The notes: generated from the letters alone by a model not told the origin. Positions 20,539-33,533 are shown, counted from the first letter of the stretch. The stretch: DNA of 64,000 nucleotides from an uncultured Candidatus Saccharibacteria bacterium (GCA_964448075.1 CAYUUR010000001.1:247371-311370); one strand, 5' to 3'. Program-made: numbers and translations.

Positions 20539-20843
20539 CTATACATCTAGGAACACGGTTACCGCATCCTGTTTTACGTGCATAATTCCTCGCAAAATTC
20601 GAATACGTTGATCGGTCTCGTCCTGCTTGATAAGTATTTCACACGGACTCAGCAAGCACAGGAAATTGTGATGCCCACGTAATATGTCGAATGGCCCGCT
20701 CTCATTAACTGCCGATATACTGAGCGCCTTATCATTAAAGTAGACACGGTATGGAGAATACACCTTTACTTTGATGTGTTGCGCATCAATCGGCGCGGCA
20801 ATGCTCTGACCTTTACCTACATCCTTAACTTGACGCTGCCCCA

Positions 20844-20844
<1 letters not shown>
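20539..20844 (-). CDS. atpC: F-type ATPase epsilon subunit, beta-sandwich domain only
   Basis: 101 aa. It sits immediately after atpD, with stop and start sharing 1 nt. SGPFDILRGHHNFLCLL resembles the epsilon G.FGILPGH motif. There is no C-terminal helical hairpin. Confidence 0.7.
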
Positions 20845-22998
<2,154 letters not shown>

Positions 22999-23002
<4 letters not shown>

Positions 23003-24429
23003 CGCTTTAGCTCCATCATGCTTTTGGCCTTCAATAAGTCACGTGCCTGTAGATACGACTCATCGGAATCTATTGCCATACTTGCTTCTACAGCCATACG
23101 CTTCATGCCTTGGATGTCAACCACCTCATTCTCGCTCACAAGCAATAAAGTGTCTATCAGTAACTGCTGGGCGAGTAACGTGTATGTTTCGCCGGGTATT
23201 TGACTCAACAAATCAATCAGACGCTGTCCAACAATAAGTTCCTTGCGTGAGGCGAGGGCAAGCTCAGATCCAAACTGAGCAAACTCTTTTGCCTTGCGAA
23301 AATCTGCTAATGCTTTCATCACCTGATTGTTAAGCTGTTTCTGCCGATCATTGTGACCTCGCCCACCAACGCGTGTCACGCTCAAGCCAGTGTTAAGCGC
23401 CGGCCGCAAGCCACTACGGAATACGTCCATATCAAGCACCCACTGACCGTCAGTTATTGACATAACGTTCGTCGGCAAATAGGCGGTAATGTCACCTGCT
23501 GCTGCTAGGACTATCGGTAATGCGGTAAGTGTTTTGTGATTGCTCTTAATTTTACCAGCTCGCTCCAACAAACTGGAGTGTGCGTAAAACATGTCGCCTG
23601 GATATGAGTCCCTGCCAGGACTGACGCCTGCAAGCAAAGAAATCTCACGATACGCTTGAGCATGTGCTGTCAAATCATCGTAGACTATCAAAACGTCTTG
23701 GTCACATTTTTGCCACAAATATTCGGCAATAGAACACCCAACATATGGCGCAAGATAGTTCATGACCAACGAGTCAAACATTGTTGCCACGACAACCACT
23801 GTATGCTCAAGAGCACCGTTATCTTTTAGCCGCGATATAAGCGTGTCAACATCACTACGACGTTTTGCAATGAGCACATAGACAACCGTAAGATCAGTAT
23901 TCTTCTGATTGATCGCGAGTTGTGTTGCAAGCGTTGACTTACCTGATTTACTGTCCCCTAACAACGCTATGCGCTGACCGCGCACTAAAGGAAACAGTGC
24001 GTCAATTGAAATAACGCCACTTTCGAGTTGTGTGTCGAGCTGTTCGCGATCGCGCAAGGCAGAAGCTTGGTTAAAAACTGGCCAGACTTCATCGGCGGCA
24101 ATTGGGCCTTTCCCGTCTAGCGGTTCGCCACTGACGGAAACGACTCTCCCAAGAAAGTCTTTGCCAACTTTAGAGACCAGCTCGTTATGCTGCAAAACGA
24201 CAACGCTACCAACCCGAACGTCAGAAGAACCCATGTGCATAATGGTCACGTACTCTTCAAAGGTATGATGTACAAACCCTTTGCTTCCGTCATCAAAGAG
24301 AACAAGCGCCCACTGATTAACTGGTTGAAGGCCAGAAACTTTTATAAAAAACCTATCGACAGCTATAACTTCGCCAACTGGCTGTCCGGCGGCAACCAAC
24401 TGATCAAAGTGTTTGCTACGCTTGCTCAC
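22999..24429 (-). CDS. atpA: F-type ATPase alpha subunit (divergent P-loop GDSKSGKST)
   Basis: 476 aa with an N-terminal beta-barrel. The P-loop is [35 protein letters not shown] and ITDGQWVLD are alpha-type motifs. Confidence 0.9.
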
Positions 24430-24901
24430 GACTACCCCGTAATTGTTCTACCAACACAGAACGCTTTTCGCTAAAACGTTTGCGCATCGTCAGATCAAAA
24501 TACTTGCTCGGAGTACGAATAACACACCCAGCGGCAATACTTGGCTGCAAGCCAATCTGCAACAAGATATAGGAGTTAACCTCTTTCCGAAACCAGCCAA
24601 CTATACGCTCTAAGAATTCTGGCGAGGGATTTGCTGCAAAACTCAAGTGAACCACTGGCGCCTTTTGATAAACGCTCGTCAGAGCCTGTTTGAGACTTTG
24701 TAATGTTGGCGGACCGTCATCGCCAACATTTGCGTCAGAAACCATCTGGAGCAAACGGCTCATCTGTTGACCGGTCTTTCCTGGTCTGAGCTTATCTCCA
24801 CGTTCACTGGCGATCATATCTTCGACTTCTCTCACAAGCCGAGAAACATCGGCCCGCGTATACAGGCTTTCTGGCAGAACGAAACTCCTGCTACGCGCCA
24901 T
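24416..24901 (-). CDS. atpH: F-type ATPase delta (OSCP-like) subunit, divergent
   Basis: The track ORF runs to 24961; I prefer the ATG at 24901 (MARSRSF...), which overlaps the atpF stop by 11 nt. The call rests on position between atpF and atpA and on a C-terminal [22 protein letters not shown] that resembles the delta C-terminus. Confidence 0.6.
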   Translation of the reverse strand: MARSRSFVLPESLYTRADVSRLVREVEDMIASERGDKLRPGKTGQQMSRLLQMVSDANVGDDGPPTLQSLKQALTSVYQKAPVVHLSFAANPSPEFLERIVGWFRKEVNSYILLQIGLQPSIAAGCVIRTPSKYFDLTMRKRFSEKRSVLVEQLRGSREQA

Positions 24902-25571
24902 GGTTAACGTCCTCAATAATCGCCTGTTTGTTGCGCTCCAGTTCTTGCAGGATGTACTCAAGCTGATCCGTCAGATCTATCTCGTCACCGATCGCTTCGA
25001 TCACATAGTGATTAATTATGTCAGCCATGTGCTCCTCAAAACGTGCAATGACGCGTTCTTTTTCAAAAGCTAATTGCTTCTGGAGTTCATCGCTTAATAT
25101 CTGCCGTTGGTGTTCAATTGCTTCTTGCGTTTTACTGATAGACTTAAGTGCATCCTGTTTGGCATCAGAGATTGACTGTTCATAGTTGGATAGTTCCTGT
25201 TGAAGCGATCGACTAATCTCCTGTTTCATGTGATCATTCAGCTGCGAGGCTGTCAGACGCAAATCTTGCTGCAAAAACATGGCATTTTCACCAATAATCT
25301 TCTCAAAGTGTAGTTTTCCTCTATTGCGAAGTTCCTGCCTGAACTTATCATCAAAGATATGCTCCACGTCTTTGTCGACATTATCGAGCAGTGCGGTGTT
25401 AGCGCCAGGATCTTGCATAACGCGTAATCGCCAGCCAATCCACACAAAGGCACAGCCAACGGCTAGTAGCGTACCGAGAAGCAATCCGTATAGCCAAATT
25501 TCCACGTCTTTTCTTGTCCCACCTGCTTTAGTGTCTGTATTAGATATAACTATACCGTAAAACACAAGCAC
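24891..25571 (-). CDS. atpF: F-type ATPase b subunit-like (one TM + long coiled coil)
   Basis: 226 aa. The TM is IWLYGLLLGTLLAVGCAFVWIGW, followed by about 170 aa of heptad-rich helix. The assignment rests on operon position and architecture. Confidence 0.55.
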   Translation of the reverse strand: MLVFYGIVISNTDTKAGGTRKDVEIWLYGLLLGTLLAVGCAFVWIGWRLRVMQDPGANTALLDNVDKDVEHIFDDKFRQELRNRGKLHFEKIIGENAMFLQQDLRLTASQLNDHMKQEISRSLQQELSNYEQSISDAKQDALKSISKTQEAIEHQRQILSDELQKQLAFEKERVIARFEEHMADIINHYVIEAIGDEIDLTDQLEYILQELERNKQAIIEDVNHGA

Positions 25572-25587
25572 AATAAAGCAGGAAATA

Positions 25588-26730
25588 TCAACCTAGAACA
25601 TCGGTCAAAGCCTGCAAGGCATAGTCAATGTCATCTGCGGTGGTACTGCGCCCCATCGTGAAGCGCACAGAAGCCTGTGCTGAAGCATCGTCAAGACCGA
25701 TGGCAGACAGCACATGGGAAGGTTCATCACTACTGGCGCTACAGGCTGAGCCAACCGCACACTGTATGCCCCGCTCATCAAGTTCCATGACAAGCCGTTC
25801 GCTATCTTGGCCGGGGAACGTCACATGTATAAAGTTCACCAGGCAGTCCCGCCCATTTATGACGGCGTGCGCATCAATCTGCTGAATGCCGTCTATAAAG
25901 TGCCTTTGTAATGAGCTAAGACGTTTTACTTCATGGCGACTCTTTGCTTGTGACATCTCTAGTGCCTCTGCAATGCCAACAATTGCTGCGACGTTCTCCG
26001 TGCCACTCCGCAAGCCACGCTCTTGTCCGCCGCCAACAACAAGCGGTTGTAGCTGTATGCCGTGGCGCACAAACAATACCGCGCTCTGTTTTGGGCCATA
26101 GATCTTACCGCCGTTAATTGTCAGTAAATCAACACCAAGTTTATGTGGCTGAATCGTCAAGTAATTTGCGCTCTGTGAAGCATCAACATGCAGATACAGC
26201 GGCGTGTCATTGCCGGCTTGCTGTCGCTTGGCTAAAATCTGTGCGATAACCTCGGCGATCGCCTTGATGGGCTGGATGGTCCCTAGTTCGTTATTGGCGT
26301 GCATAATGCTCACCAGTACAGTTTGGTCATCAATTTGTTTAGATAGTACGTCAGCCAGAACAACACCATGCTCATTTGGTAGCACCGTGTGGTTCGCGTA
26401 CTCAGCAGCTGGGCGCAGCACAGAATCGTGCTCAATTGCACTTACCACGACATTGCCAGTAGGATATTGCGCCATTACACCATGAATCGCTATGTTGTTT
26501 GCCTCGGTTCCGCCAGCACAAAAAGTGATTTCTGTCGGACGCACGCCCAACAACTGAGCAACCCGACCCCGTGCATCGTCCACGTCTTGTTTCACCTGTT
26601 TAGAGGCAAGGTACAGCGCCGAAGGGTTATAAAAACGTTCTGTCCAATATGGTTGCATTGCCGCCAAAACACGCCGGTCTACTGGAGTAGCCGCAGCATG
26701 ATCGAGGTAAACCTGTCGTGTGTTTTTCAT
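25588..26730 (-). CDS. Cysteine desulfurase (class V aminotransferase, NifS/IscS-like)
   Basis: 380 aa. It has HVDASQS, the PLP-Lys region (INGGKIYGPK), SGTENVAAIVG and the catalytic loop GSACSA. Confidence 0.9.
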   Translation of the reverse strand: MKNTRQVYLDHAAATPVDRRVLAAMQPYWTERFYNPSALYLASKQVKQDVDDARGRVAQLLGVRPTEITFCAGGTEANNIAIHGVMAQYPTGNVVVSAIEHDSVLRPAAEYANHTVLPNEHGVVLADVLSKQIDDQTVLVSIMHANNELGTIQPIKAIAEVIAQILAKRQQAGNDTPLYLHVDASQSANYLTIQPHKLGVDLLTINGGKIYGPKQSAVLFVRHGIQLQPLVVGGGQERGLRSGTENVAAIVGIAEALEMSQAKSRHEVKRLSSLQRHFIDGIQQIDAHAVINGRDCLVNFIHVTFPGQDSERLVMELDERGIQCAVGSACSASSDEPSHVLSAIGLDDASAQASVRFTMGRSTTADDIDYALQALTDVLG

Positions 26731-26779
26731 AATTACAGCTTACTGTGAATGCTAGCGTTGCTCAAATCAACCTGCCTGC

Positions 26780-27148
26780 TTAGGCAAAGGTGTAGATCTC
26801 TTTTTTCACGCGCTCGAGATATAAATTAACGGCGTCACGCAGGTGCTGCGCTTCTTGCTCGTTTACGTAACGGTACGGCTGGCCGTCTTGAGCTTTGAGT
26901 ACACCTTGTGGACGAACATCATAACGAGTGGTACGGATCTGTTTTTTGCCAGTGGCGTCGATCCATTCTTCGTGCCAGATCCAGGTGTGTTCATCAAGGC
27001 AGAAAAATTCGCGGCGATGACCCTTTGGAATAGGACCAAACAGCTTACCGCCAATTTGCGCCTCGTGACGCATCAAGTTGCGATATAACTCGGCGTCACG
27101 CGCCTGTTGACGCTGGCCGAGAAGTGCGCTAGTCAGCTTTTTGAGCAT
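26780..27148 (-). CDS. Hypothetical protein
   Basis: 122 aa, co-oriented and tightly packed in the tatD-to-atp gene string. No family recognised. Confidence 0.45.
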   Translation of the reverse strand: MLKKLTSALLGQRQQARDAELYRNLMRHEAQIGGKLFGPIPKGHRREFFCLDEHTWIWHEEWIDATGKKQIRTTRYDVRPQGVLKAQDGQPYRYVNEQEAQHLRDAVNLYLERVKKEIYTFA

Positions 27149-27443
27149 ATAGCTCCTCTACGAGCTGACGACTGGCTGCTACATCAAGATTCTTCTCGGA
27201 TATCTCTGCTGCCGACGGTACAAGACGTTCTTCGACAGGCTGAGTTGGTATAAATGGCACCGTTTGATCAAGCGCTACGTTGGCAATAGTCTCTTCAACG
27301 CGTGACCCTACTTCAGCAGATTTTGCAACAATAGCCCGGTTAATAGCGTGGCCTGCAGCAAGCAAAACCTCCCAGCGTACCCGAGCTTGCTCAGGGACGT
27401 TTGGGCTTTCGGCGCGTGCTAATAGGGGCTGTTGTGGGTTCAT
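27129..27443 (-). CDS. Hypothetical protein
   Basis: 104 aa, overlapping the next gene by 20 nt. No family recognised. Confidence 0.4.
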   Translation of the reverse strand: MNPQQPLLARAESPNVPEQARVRWEVLLAAGHAINRAIVAKSAEVGSRVEETIANVALDQTVPFIPTQPVEERLVPSAAEISEKNLDVAASRQLVEELYAQKAD

Positions 27444-27458
27444 TGCTTCTTTCTTTGG

Positions 27459-28226
27459 TTAACGTAGTGTAAATAAATTGCGGGCGTTTGCGGTAGTTGC
27501 TGCTGCCAGTTGGCCGAGCGATTCCCCGCGTAAACTGCTCAAGAATTCCGCCGTCACACATACATGTTTAGGCTGGCAGATTGTACCACGAAACGGGGAT
27601 GGAGTCAAGAAGGGGGCGTCAGTTTCTAGCAGTAATCGGTTGAGTGGCACTGCCTTAGCTGCTGCCAGCTGATCGTGGTCTTTGGTAAACGTCATAATGC
27701 CGTTTAGTCCGACGTACAAATCTCGTCGCAAAATCTGCTGTAGTTCATCAGTCCCCGCCGAGAAGCTATGAATCACCCCCGGCAGCTTGAACTCGTCGTA
27801 GATCGGCCAAAAATCAGCAAAGGCATCACGTACATGGAAGATAACTGGTAGTTTTTGCGCCTGAGCCACAGTCAATTGGAACCGCAAGAGCTCAATCTGG
27901 TCGCTTTTTTCGGAATGATTATAGTAGTAGTCGAGGCCAATTTCGCCTATTGCCACCACCTTGGGTTGCGCGGCAAGATCACGGAACTGCTGCAAGGCAT
28001 GGTCGTCATTCACGTACTCCTTAGCCTCGTGCGGATGCAAACCAACACTGGCCCAGACACCTTCGTGACGCTCGGCAAACTCCACCCCCGCTTGGCTATC
28101 AACCAAGGTACAGCCAACGCATAGGAGCTGCGTTACTCCGTCTGCACGTGCTGCTGCAAGTACCTCCAGAGGGTCAAGAGCGTAATCGGCAAAATGAATA
28201 TGACAATGCGTATCAACAAACTGCAT
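27459..28226 (-). CDS. tatD: TatD family metal-dependent hydrolase/DNase
   Basis: 255 aa with MQFVDTHCHIHF, GEIGLDYYY, HVRDA, HSFSG and ETDAPFL. Confidence 0.9.
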   Translation of the reverse strand: MQFVDTHCHIHFADYALDPLEVLAAARADGVTQLLCVGCTLVDSQAGVEFAERHEGVWASVGLHPHEAKEYVNDDHALQQFRDLAAQPKVVAIGEIGLDYYYNHSEKSDQIELLRFQLTVAQAQKLPVIFHVRDAFADFWPIYDEFKLPGVIHSFSAGTDELQQILRRDLYVGLNGIMTFTKDHDQLAAAKAVPLNRLLLETDAPFLTPSPFRGTICQPKHVCVTAEFLSSLRGESLGQLAAATTANARNLFTLR

Positions 28227-28234
28227 ACCAATGA

Positions 28235-28819
28235 TTATACGCGGTACAAAGCATGCTCACACATGTATTGCAGAATCTCCGGTGCAATTAAGCCCTTTGG
28301 GAGGTCATCTCCTTTCGCCATTGCCTGGCGTATCATTGTTGATGAAATACCTTGAACTCCTGAAGGTGCTCTAATCTGCCGAATCCGCTCATTTTCGGCG
28401 GGCAATTCGGAACCATCACGAGCCACCACCAACATCCTTAGGTTTTCCTTGAGGTACTGACCGCGTTCCCAAGAGTCCATACTGCCGTAGGCATCAGCTC
28501 CCCATACAAACCAAAAGTTATTACCGCTGTACATTTCTTGGAGTGATGCAACGGTTCGCCACGTTTCAGTTGGTGCAGGTAGGCCAAATTCAAAGTCAGA
28601 CGGGATTACAGGTTCATCATTAAAGTATGTATTGATTAATAACTTAACCATTGCCATCCGTACTTGATCCGGTAGCATGCCTCTTTTATCAACTCTGCAA
28701 CGGGAGGGCATCACCCAAACTTCGTCAATCAAAGGATGGTCATTGCACGCCTCGATGATTGCTTGATGTGCGATTGTTGGCGGGTCAAATGTTCCACCAA
28801 ATACTGCGATTTCTGCCAT
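28235..28819 (-). CDS. nadD: Nicotinate/nicotinamide mononucleotide adenylyltransferase
   Basis: 194 aa with GGTFDPPTIAHQ (the nucleotidyltransferase (H/T)xGH motif) and a C-terminal ISSTMIR. Confidence 0.85.
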   Translation of the reverse strand: MAEIAVFGGTFDPPTIAHQAIIEACNDHPLIDEVWVMPSRCRVDKRGMLPDQVRMAMVKLLINTYFNDEPVIPSDFEFGLPAPTETWRTVASLQEMYSGNNFWFVWGADAYGSMDSWERGQYLKENLRMLVVARDGSELPAENERIRQIRAPSGVQGISSTMIRQAMAKGDDLPKGLIAPEILQYMCEHALYRV

Positions 28820-28833
28820 GATTACCCCTTTCG

Positions 28834-28860
28834 TATAAAGTGTACTATTGACACTTAGTA
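28834..28860. promoter_or_regulatory. Predicted NrtR operator 1 (TATAAAGTGT-actattg-ACACTTAGTA), overlaps nadE -35
   Basis: 27-bp imperfect palindrome with 8/10 arm symmetry. The TTGACA -35 of the nadE promoter (28848-53; -10 TATGCT at 28871-76) lies inside it. Confidence 0.55.
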
Positions 28861-28882
28861 CATGGCACTATATGCTGGTAGT

Positions 28883-28909
28883 TAGTTAATGTCAATAGCA
28901 CACTAAGTA
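28883..28909. promoter_or_regulatory. Predicted NrtR operator 2 (TAGTTAATGT-caatagc-ACACTAAGTA), overlaps nadD -35
   Basis: Same motif with 8/10 arm symmetry. The minus-strand TTGACA (28895-90) with -10 TATAGT (28872-67) forms the nadD promoter. The two -10 boxes overlap face to face. Confidence 0.55.
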
Positions 28910-28925
28910 CAGAAGGGAAGACCAT

Positions 28926-30857
28926 ATGACAGAACTACTCATGGAACCACAATTCGAAAAACCAACCGCTGACTACTTTCGCGTTATGACGGCGAGTCCA
29001 GAAGTTGCCGTTGCTGACCCAGCCGTTAACACCGCAACAATCCTTACCCACTATGCTGAAGCAAAAGTCGCCGAAGCTGAGCTACTAGCCCTGCCCGAAC
29101 TGTGCGTTACGGGGTACACCACCGCTGACATGTTCTTTAACAAGCATGTTCGTAACCGTACCGAGGAGGCACTAACCTGCCTTGCAGAAGCCACACTCGA
29201 TGGCCCAGCAATGGTCGTGGGCGCACCGCTCGTAAAAGATGGCCTGCTATACAACTGTGCAGTCATGCTTGCAAAGGGCGAGATTGCCGGCGTGGTGCCA
29301 AAAACCTTCCTCCCTAACTACAATGAGTTCTATGAAAAACGCTGGTTTACAAGTGGCCGAAACGTCAAGGACACGCATATCAAAATTGGCCAGAATTACG
29401 CGCCATTTGGGACTGATCTTCTCTTTGACGTCAACGGTACTAATGTAGGCGTAGAGGTCTGCGAAGACGCCTTTGCGCCAATCCCACCCAGTGCAGAGCT
29501 AGCCCTGGCAAAGGCGGAAGTTATCATTAACCCTTCTGCCAGCAACGAACTCATCGGCAAAGAAGACTTCCGTCGCCGCCTCATTACCGGTCACGCCGCA
29601 AACTTCGTTTGTGCCTATGTCTATACCTCTGCAGGTAAGGGCGAATCAAATGCTGACGTCGTCTATGGTGGTCACCAAATGGTGGCGGAGCTCGGCAAGA
29701 TGCTGGACGAAGTCACACCGTTTGCTACTGACACAACGATTGTCGATATCGACACGACCTATATCGAACACGACCGCCTCAAAAATAAGACCTACGCCGA
29801 CCAAGCCGCTGAGTTTCGGCAAAGCCACGCATACCGAACCATTAGTGTTGACGTACCAACACCAACTGACGATACGCTTAAGCGTACTATTTCTAACGAA
29901 GCCTTCAAACCACAAAACCAAGCCGAGCTGGATCGACGCTGTGAAACACTGTTTAACCTCATGGCGTACCCACTAGCACAAAGACTGCTCGACGGTGCGT
30001 CAGACGGCATTGTAATCGGACTGTCTGGCGGGCTCGATTCTACGCTAGCACTCCTGACAGCACAGTATGCCTGCCAGATAATGGGCAAGCCGAACAGCTT
30101 CATCCACACCATTACCATGCCTAGCGAAGCCAGTAGCGTACGCACCCAAAGCAACGCCAGCAAACTGGCCGAATCAATGGGCACCACACACCATATCATG
30201 CCGATTGCCGACCTTGCGCATGAAGCACTCGATACTATTGGACACGATACAGTAACAGAAGACATAACATACGAAAACACTCAGGCCCGTATGCGCACAT
30301 TGCTGCTCATGAACTACGCCAACATGGTACATGGCATGGTCGGGGGCACCGGCGATATGAGCGAGATTGCCCAAGGTTGGTGCACGTTTAATGGTGACCA
30401 CATGAGCATGTTTAACCCTAACGCCAGTGTTCCAAAAACCATGGTTCGTGACCTCGTAGCCTGGTATGCGGAGAATCGATGCACACCAGAATCTGCTGAG
30501 ATTCTGGCTGATATCATCGACACGCCTGTCTCTCCAGAACTTGTCGGCAAAGGCGACCTCAGCCAAGAAACTGAATCATTGATAGGGCCCTACAAGCTCC
30601 ATGACTTCTTCCTCACAGAAGAAATACGCCGCGGCAGCACCCCACAAAAGATTGGCTACCTGGCAACTCTGGCCTTTGATCGTGAGTTCAGTCAGGAAGA
30701 TATCGCCTACTGGCTCGATGCCTACCACAATCGCTTTACGAAGAATCAGTGGAAGCGCGAATCCGTGCCAAACGGCCCGAAGATTGGTACTGTCAGCCTG
30801 AGTCCGCGTGGCGATTGGCGCATGGCACCTAATACCAGCCCAACTTGGTTCAATTAG
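28926..30857 (+). CDS. nadE: Glutamine-dependent NAD+ synthetase (CN-hydrolase domain + NAD synthetase domain)
   Basis: 643 aa. The N-terminal nitrilase-like domain has LPEL and VEVCED. The C-terminal domain has the PP-loop GLSGGLDSTLALL. Confidence 0.95.
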   Translation: MTELLMEPQFEKPTADYFRVMTASPEVAVADPAVNTATILTHYAEAKVAEAELLALPELCVTGYTTADMFFNKHVRNRTEEALTCLAEATLDGPAMVVGAPLVKDGLLYNCAVMLAKGEIAGVVPKTFLPNYNEFYEKRWFTSGRNVKDTHIKIGQNYAPFGTDLLFDVNGTNVGVEVCEDAFAPIPPSAELALAKAEVIINPSASNELIGKEDFRRRLITGHAANFVCAYVYTSAGKGESNADVVYGGHQMVAELGKMLDEVTPFATDTTIVDIDTTYIEHDRLKNKTYADQAAEFRQSHAYRTISVDVPTPTDDTLKRTISNEAFKPQNQAELDRRCETLFNLMAYPLAQRLLDGASDGIVIGLSGGLDSTLALLTAQYACQIMGKPNSFIHTITMPSEASSVRTQSNASKLAESMGTTHHIMPIADLAHEALDTIGHDTVTEDITYENTQARMRTLLLMNYANMVHGMVGGTGDMSEIAQGWCTFNGDHMSMFNPNASVPKTMVRDLVAWYAENRCTPESAEILADIIDTPVSPELVGKGDLSQETESLIGPYKLHDFFLTEEIRRGSTPQKIGYLATLAFDREFSQEDIAYWLDAYHNRFTKNQWKRESVPNGPKIGTVSLSPRGDWRMAPNTSPTWFN

Positions 30858-30874
30858 CGGTATACTATTAAGTA

Positions 30875-31555
30875 ATGAAAAGATCCGACACCTATACACC
30901 ACCAATCCTGACCGTTGATAACGTCGTGTTGACTCTGGTTGACGGTGTCCTGTCGGTACTGCTGATTAAACGACGCAATGAACCTTTTAAAGATCATTGG
31001 GCTTTGCCTGGTGGCTACAATGCCGCTGGCGAAACAACTACCCAAGCCATGAGCCGTATTTTGCATGACAAAGCCGGCCTAAAAGCTAGTTCTCTACAGC
31101 TGGTTGAGCAACTCTACACATTTGACACCGTGGCTCGGGACCCCCGCGGTCATGCTGTGTCGGTGACCTATCTTGGACTTGGCAGAACGGTTACTCCTCA
31201 GCCCAGCAAATCCACCCAAGAACCGCAGTTCTTCCCGCTTAAACAACTGCCACCCCTCGCCTATGACCACGCCGATATCATTGCCTATGCACTAGAACGT
31301 TTGCGATCAAAACTCACCTACACCAACGCTATCTTTGCGCTGTTACCAGAGAAATTCACCCTCACCGAACTACAATCTGCCTACGAAGCTGTCTTAGGGA
31401 GGCCACTCGATAAACGTAACTTCCGCAAAAAATTCCTGAGCCTTGACCTGATCCACGAAACAAACGAAACCGTCCGTCACGGCGCACACCGGCCAGCCCG
31501 TTTGCATACTTTTAATAGTCAAAGGCTGGAGAGTTTATCCCGAAGCTTTGACTAG
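30875..31555 (+). CDS. nrtR: NrtR-type regulator (degenerate Nudix domain + C-terminal winged helix)
   Basis: 226 aa. The Nudix fold has a decayed Nudix box (GGYNAAGETTTQAMSRILHDKAGL, catalytic Glu residues missing). The C-terminal part (AYDHADIIAYALERLRSKLTYTNAIFALLPEKFTLTELQSAYEAVLGRPLDKRNFRKKF) is typical of the NrtR wHTH domain. Confidence 0.8.
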   Translation: MKRSDTYTPPILTVDNVVLTLVDGVLSVLLIKRRNEPFKDHWALPGGYNAAGETTTQAMSRILHDKAGLKASSLQLVEQLYTFDTVARDPRGHAVSVTYLGLGRTVTPQPSKSTQEPQFFPLKQLPPLAYDHADIIAYALERLRSKLTYTNAIFALLPEKFTLTELQSAYEAVLGRPLDKRNFRKKFLSLDLIHETNETVRHGAHRPARLHTFNSQRLESLSRSFD

Positions 31556-32406
31556 TTGCGTGTTTCTATGGTGTCATAGAACGTCTGGTCAAAAATCCGC
31601 GGAACCTGATGCACTGTGTCAAGCAGCTGCTGACCACTAAACCTGCGTTTTCCGGGCAGCTCAACCCATTCGCCTCCAAACGGTGAGAGTGATTCGTCCC
31701 ACGGGCAGACAATCTTACGCCAGCGCATGTTTGGCGCAATGTCTGTAGGATCTTCTGGGTTGGCGCGCGTATACATCAGTAGTGAGGCGTTATAAAGTCT
31801 CTGTGCTTTGTCGGCGTGTGCGGCTTCCCATTCTTCTGGCAACATCCCTTCAATCACGTAGCGAACCATCCACATGAATTCGCCGTGCGTTACAGCAATA
31901 ACCCGCTTGTCTGCTTGCTCGAGGTTCAGCGTGTTCCGCAGATTTTGAACCCGTAGAAGCACCCCACTGGTCAACGACTCACCCCCATCAGGCGTCCAGC
32001 GCAATCGTGAAACCTCACGCATTCGCTCAGTATGGGGGAAGTGCTTTTCTCGCTCACCAGGGTGCACCATGTTATATATACCCCAGTCGCGCTCAGCGAG
32101 TCGGTCGTCAATAACCCACTGACAGGCCAAGCCCCCGACGTATGCTGCTGTTTCGCGTGGGCGGATGTATGGAGAGACAAGATGCTCGTCAAAGTATTCT
32201 GCTGGATCGCCGTAGGCATTTACGAGATACCGGTTTACAGCCTCAGCTTGGGCAACGCCTTTTGGAGACAGCCGGTATTGCCAGTCATGAACCTTCATAA
32301 AATCTTCTGGTACGTCCATGGTTCTGCCATCTTCAAAGGTACGGCTTATAATATTCCACTCTGATTCACCATGCCGTACAAAAACCAATGTTTCTGGTGC
32401 TGCCAT
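31552..32406 (-). CDS. Histidine phosphatase family protein (phosphoglycerate mutase-like)
   Basis: 284 aa with the RHG motif LVFVRHGESEWN and a second His in VTHGEFM. Confidence 0.8.
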   Translation of the reverse strand: MAAPETLVFVRHGESEWNIISRTFEDGRTMDVPEDFMKVHDWQYRLSPKGVAQAEAVNRYLVNAYGDPAEYFDEHLVSPYIRPRETAAYVGGLACQWVIDDRLAERDWGIYNMVHPGEREKHFPHTERMREVSRLRWTPDGGESLTSGVLLRVQNLRNTLNLEQADKRVIAVTHGEFMWMVRYVIEGMLPEEWEAAHADKAQRLYNASLLMYTRANPEDPTDIAPNMRWRKIVCPWDESLSPFGGEWVELPGKRRFSGQQLLDTVHQVPRIFDQTFYDTIETRN

Positions 32407-32408
32407 GG

Positions 32409-33479
32409 CTATGTTCCTTCTTTGAGTGCAACTTGCGTTAAAGCAGTAGAAACTTCACGCAAGCGATCGCCAGCAAAGATATGTTCCTCGTCAGCAGGGC
32501 GCGGTACATCCCCCCACAAACAGACAGCCATACTGCCCACGATACTGGCAATGCTGTCAGTATCGCCACCAAGCTCAACCGCACGATAGACACATTCTGG
32601 GTAATGAGGTTCACGCAAGAACGACCCGTACGCCATCATCAGTGTTTCTGGCGCAAAAAAGCCTCCGCCTTTTTCGCCACTGACACTGTCAAGAATAGTT
32701 GCGCGATCAAGCTCCGCCGGTTCTCCAAGGTTCAAGCTATCTCTTAATCTTCTTAACCATTCCGAGGTTGCTGTGGCATTTGGGAGATATCCTTCAAATG
32801 CGTCGGCTAGGTAGGTTGCGTCATAGTAGAATCCTAGCAGATATTTCAATGCATCTGGGTCGTTCGGATCAATACTCATAAGCTGCGTCAGCATGACACG
32901 ATGTATCTGACTACTCACCACCGCATCATCAGAATCGTGTGTCATACGGGTAAATTGCTCAACCTGCCGGAACGCAGCATCCGGGTCAGTATCACGTGCA
33001 TACTGATAATAGACCAACGGTGCCAGCTTCATAAGCACTCCGTTACCTGCCCCGCCAGCTTCACCAGATTCTGTTGGGTGCATGCCCTCTTGAAGCCGCT
33101 CAACACTGCGCATGGTTGATCTGCCGTAGCCATTTCGGCGGGATTCCGTCACGATTGGCGGCACCAGCTCAGCTAATTCATCTGAACCTCGAACATGCTC
33201 AATAGCCTGGATATGTGCCAGAGCTTGGTCTTCAAGATCAAAACCGCCATAGCGTATCAAACTCAGTACAGAAGCAAGTGACAAGTGCGTATCATCACTC
33301 CATACACCACGAGCATCTTTGAGTTCCGCAGGTACATCGAGGAAAGGATTACTCGTCAGAGGAGGGAGTTCAGTCACGCTACCTTCGGTTTGATGTGGCT
33401 TGGTCTCGTAAGGTAAGCCTGCCGCGTCTCCGTAAGCAATTGCACCCAGTAAATTTTCTCCTACTGCTTGTATTTTCAT
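32409..33479 (-). CDS. ADP-ribosylglycohydrolase family protein
   Basis: The track ORF runs to 33554. I prefer the ATG at 33479, preceded by AAAGGAGGTCGT. GAIAYGDAAGLPYE and GGDTDSIASIVG are the two metal-binding motifs of the ARH/DraG family. Confidence 0.85.
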   Translation of the reverse strand: MKIQAVGENLLGAIAYGDAAGLPYETKPHQTEGSVTELPPLTSNPFLDVPAELKDARGVWSDDTHLSLASVLSLIRYGGFDLEDQALAHIQAIEHVRGSDELAELVPPIVTESRRNGYGRSTMRSVERLQEGMHPTESGEAGGAGNGVLMKLAPLVYYQYARDTDPDAAFRQVEQFTRMTHDSDDAVVSSQIHRVMLTQLMSIDPNDPDALKYLLGFYYDATYLADAFEGYLPNATATSEWLRRLRDSLNLGEPAELDRATILDSVSGEKGGGFFAPETLMMAYGSFLREPHYPECVYRAVELGGDTDSIASIVGSMAVCLWGDVPRPADEEHIFAGDRLREVSTALTQVALKEGT

Positions 33480-33533
33480 ACGACCTCCTTTTTTTGTATA
33501 CCAATCAAAGTTCTGCTCGAAGCATATCATATA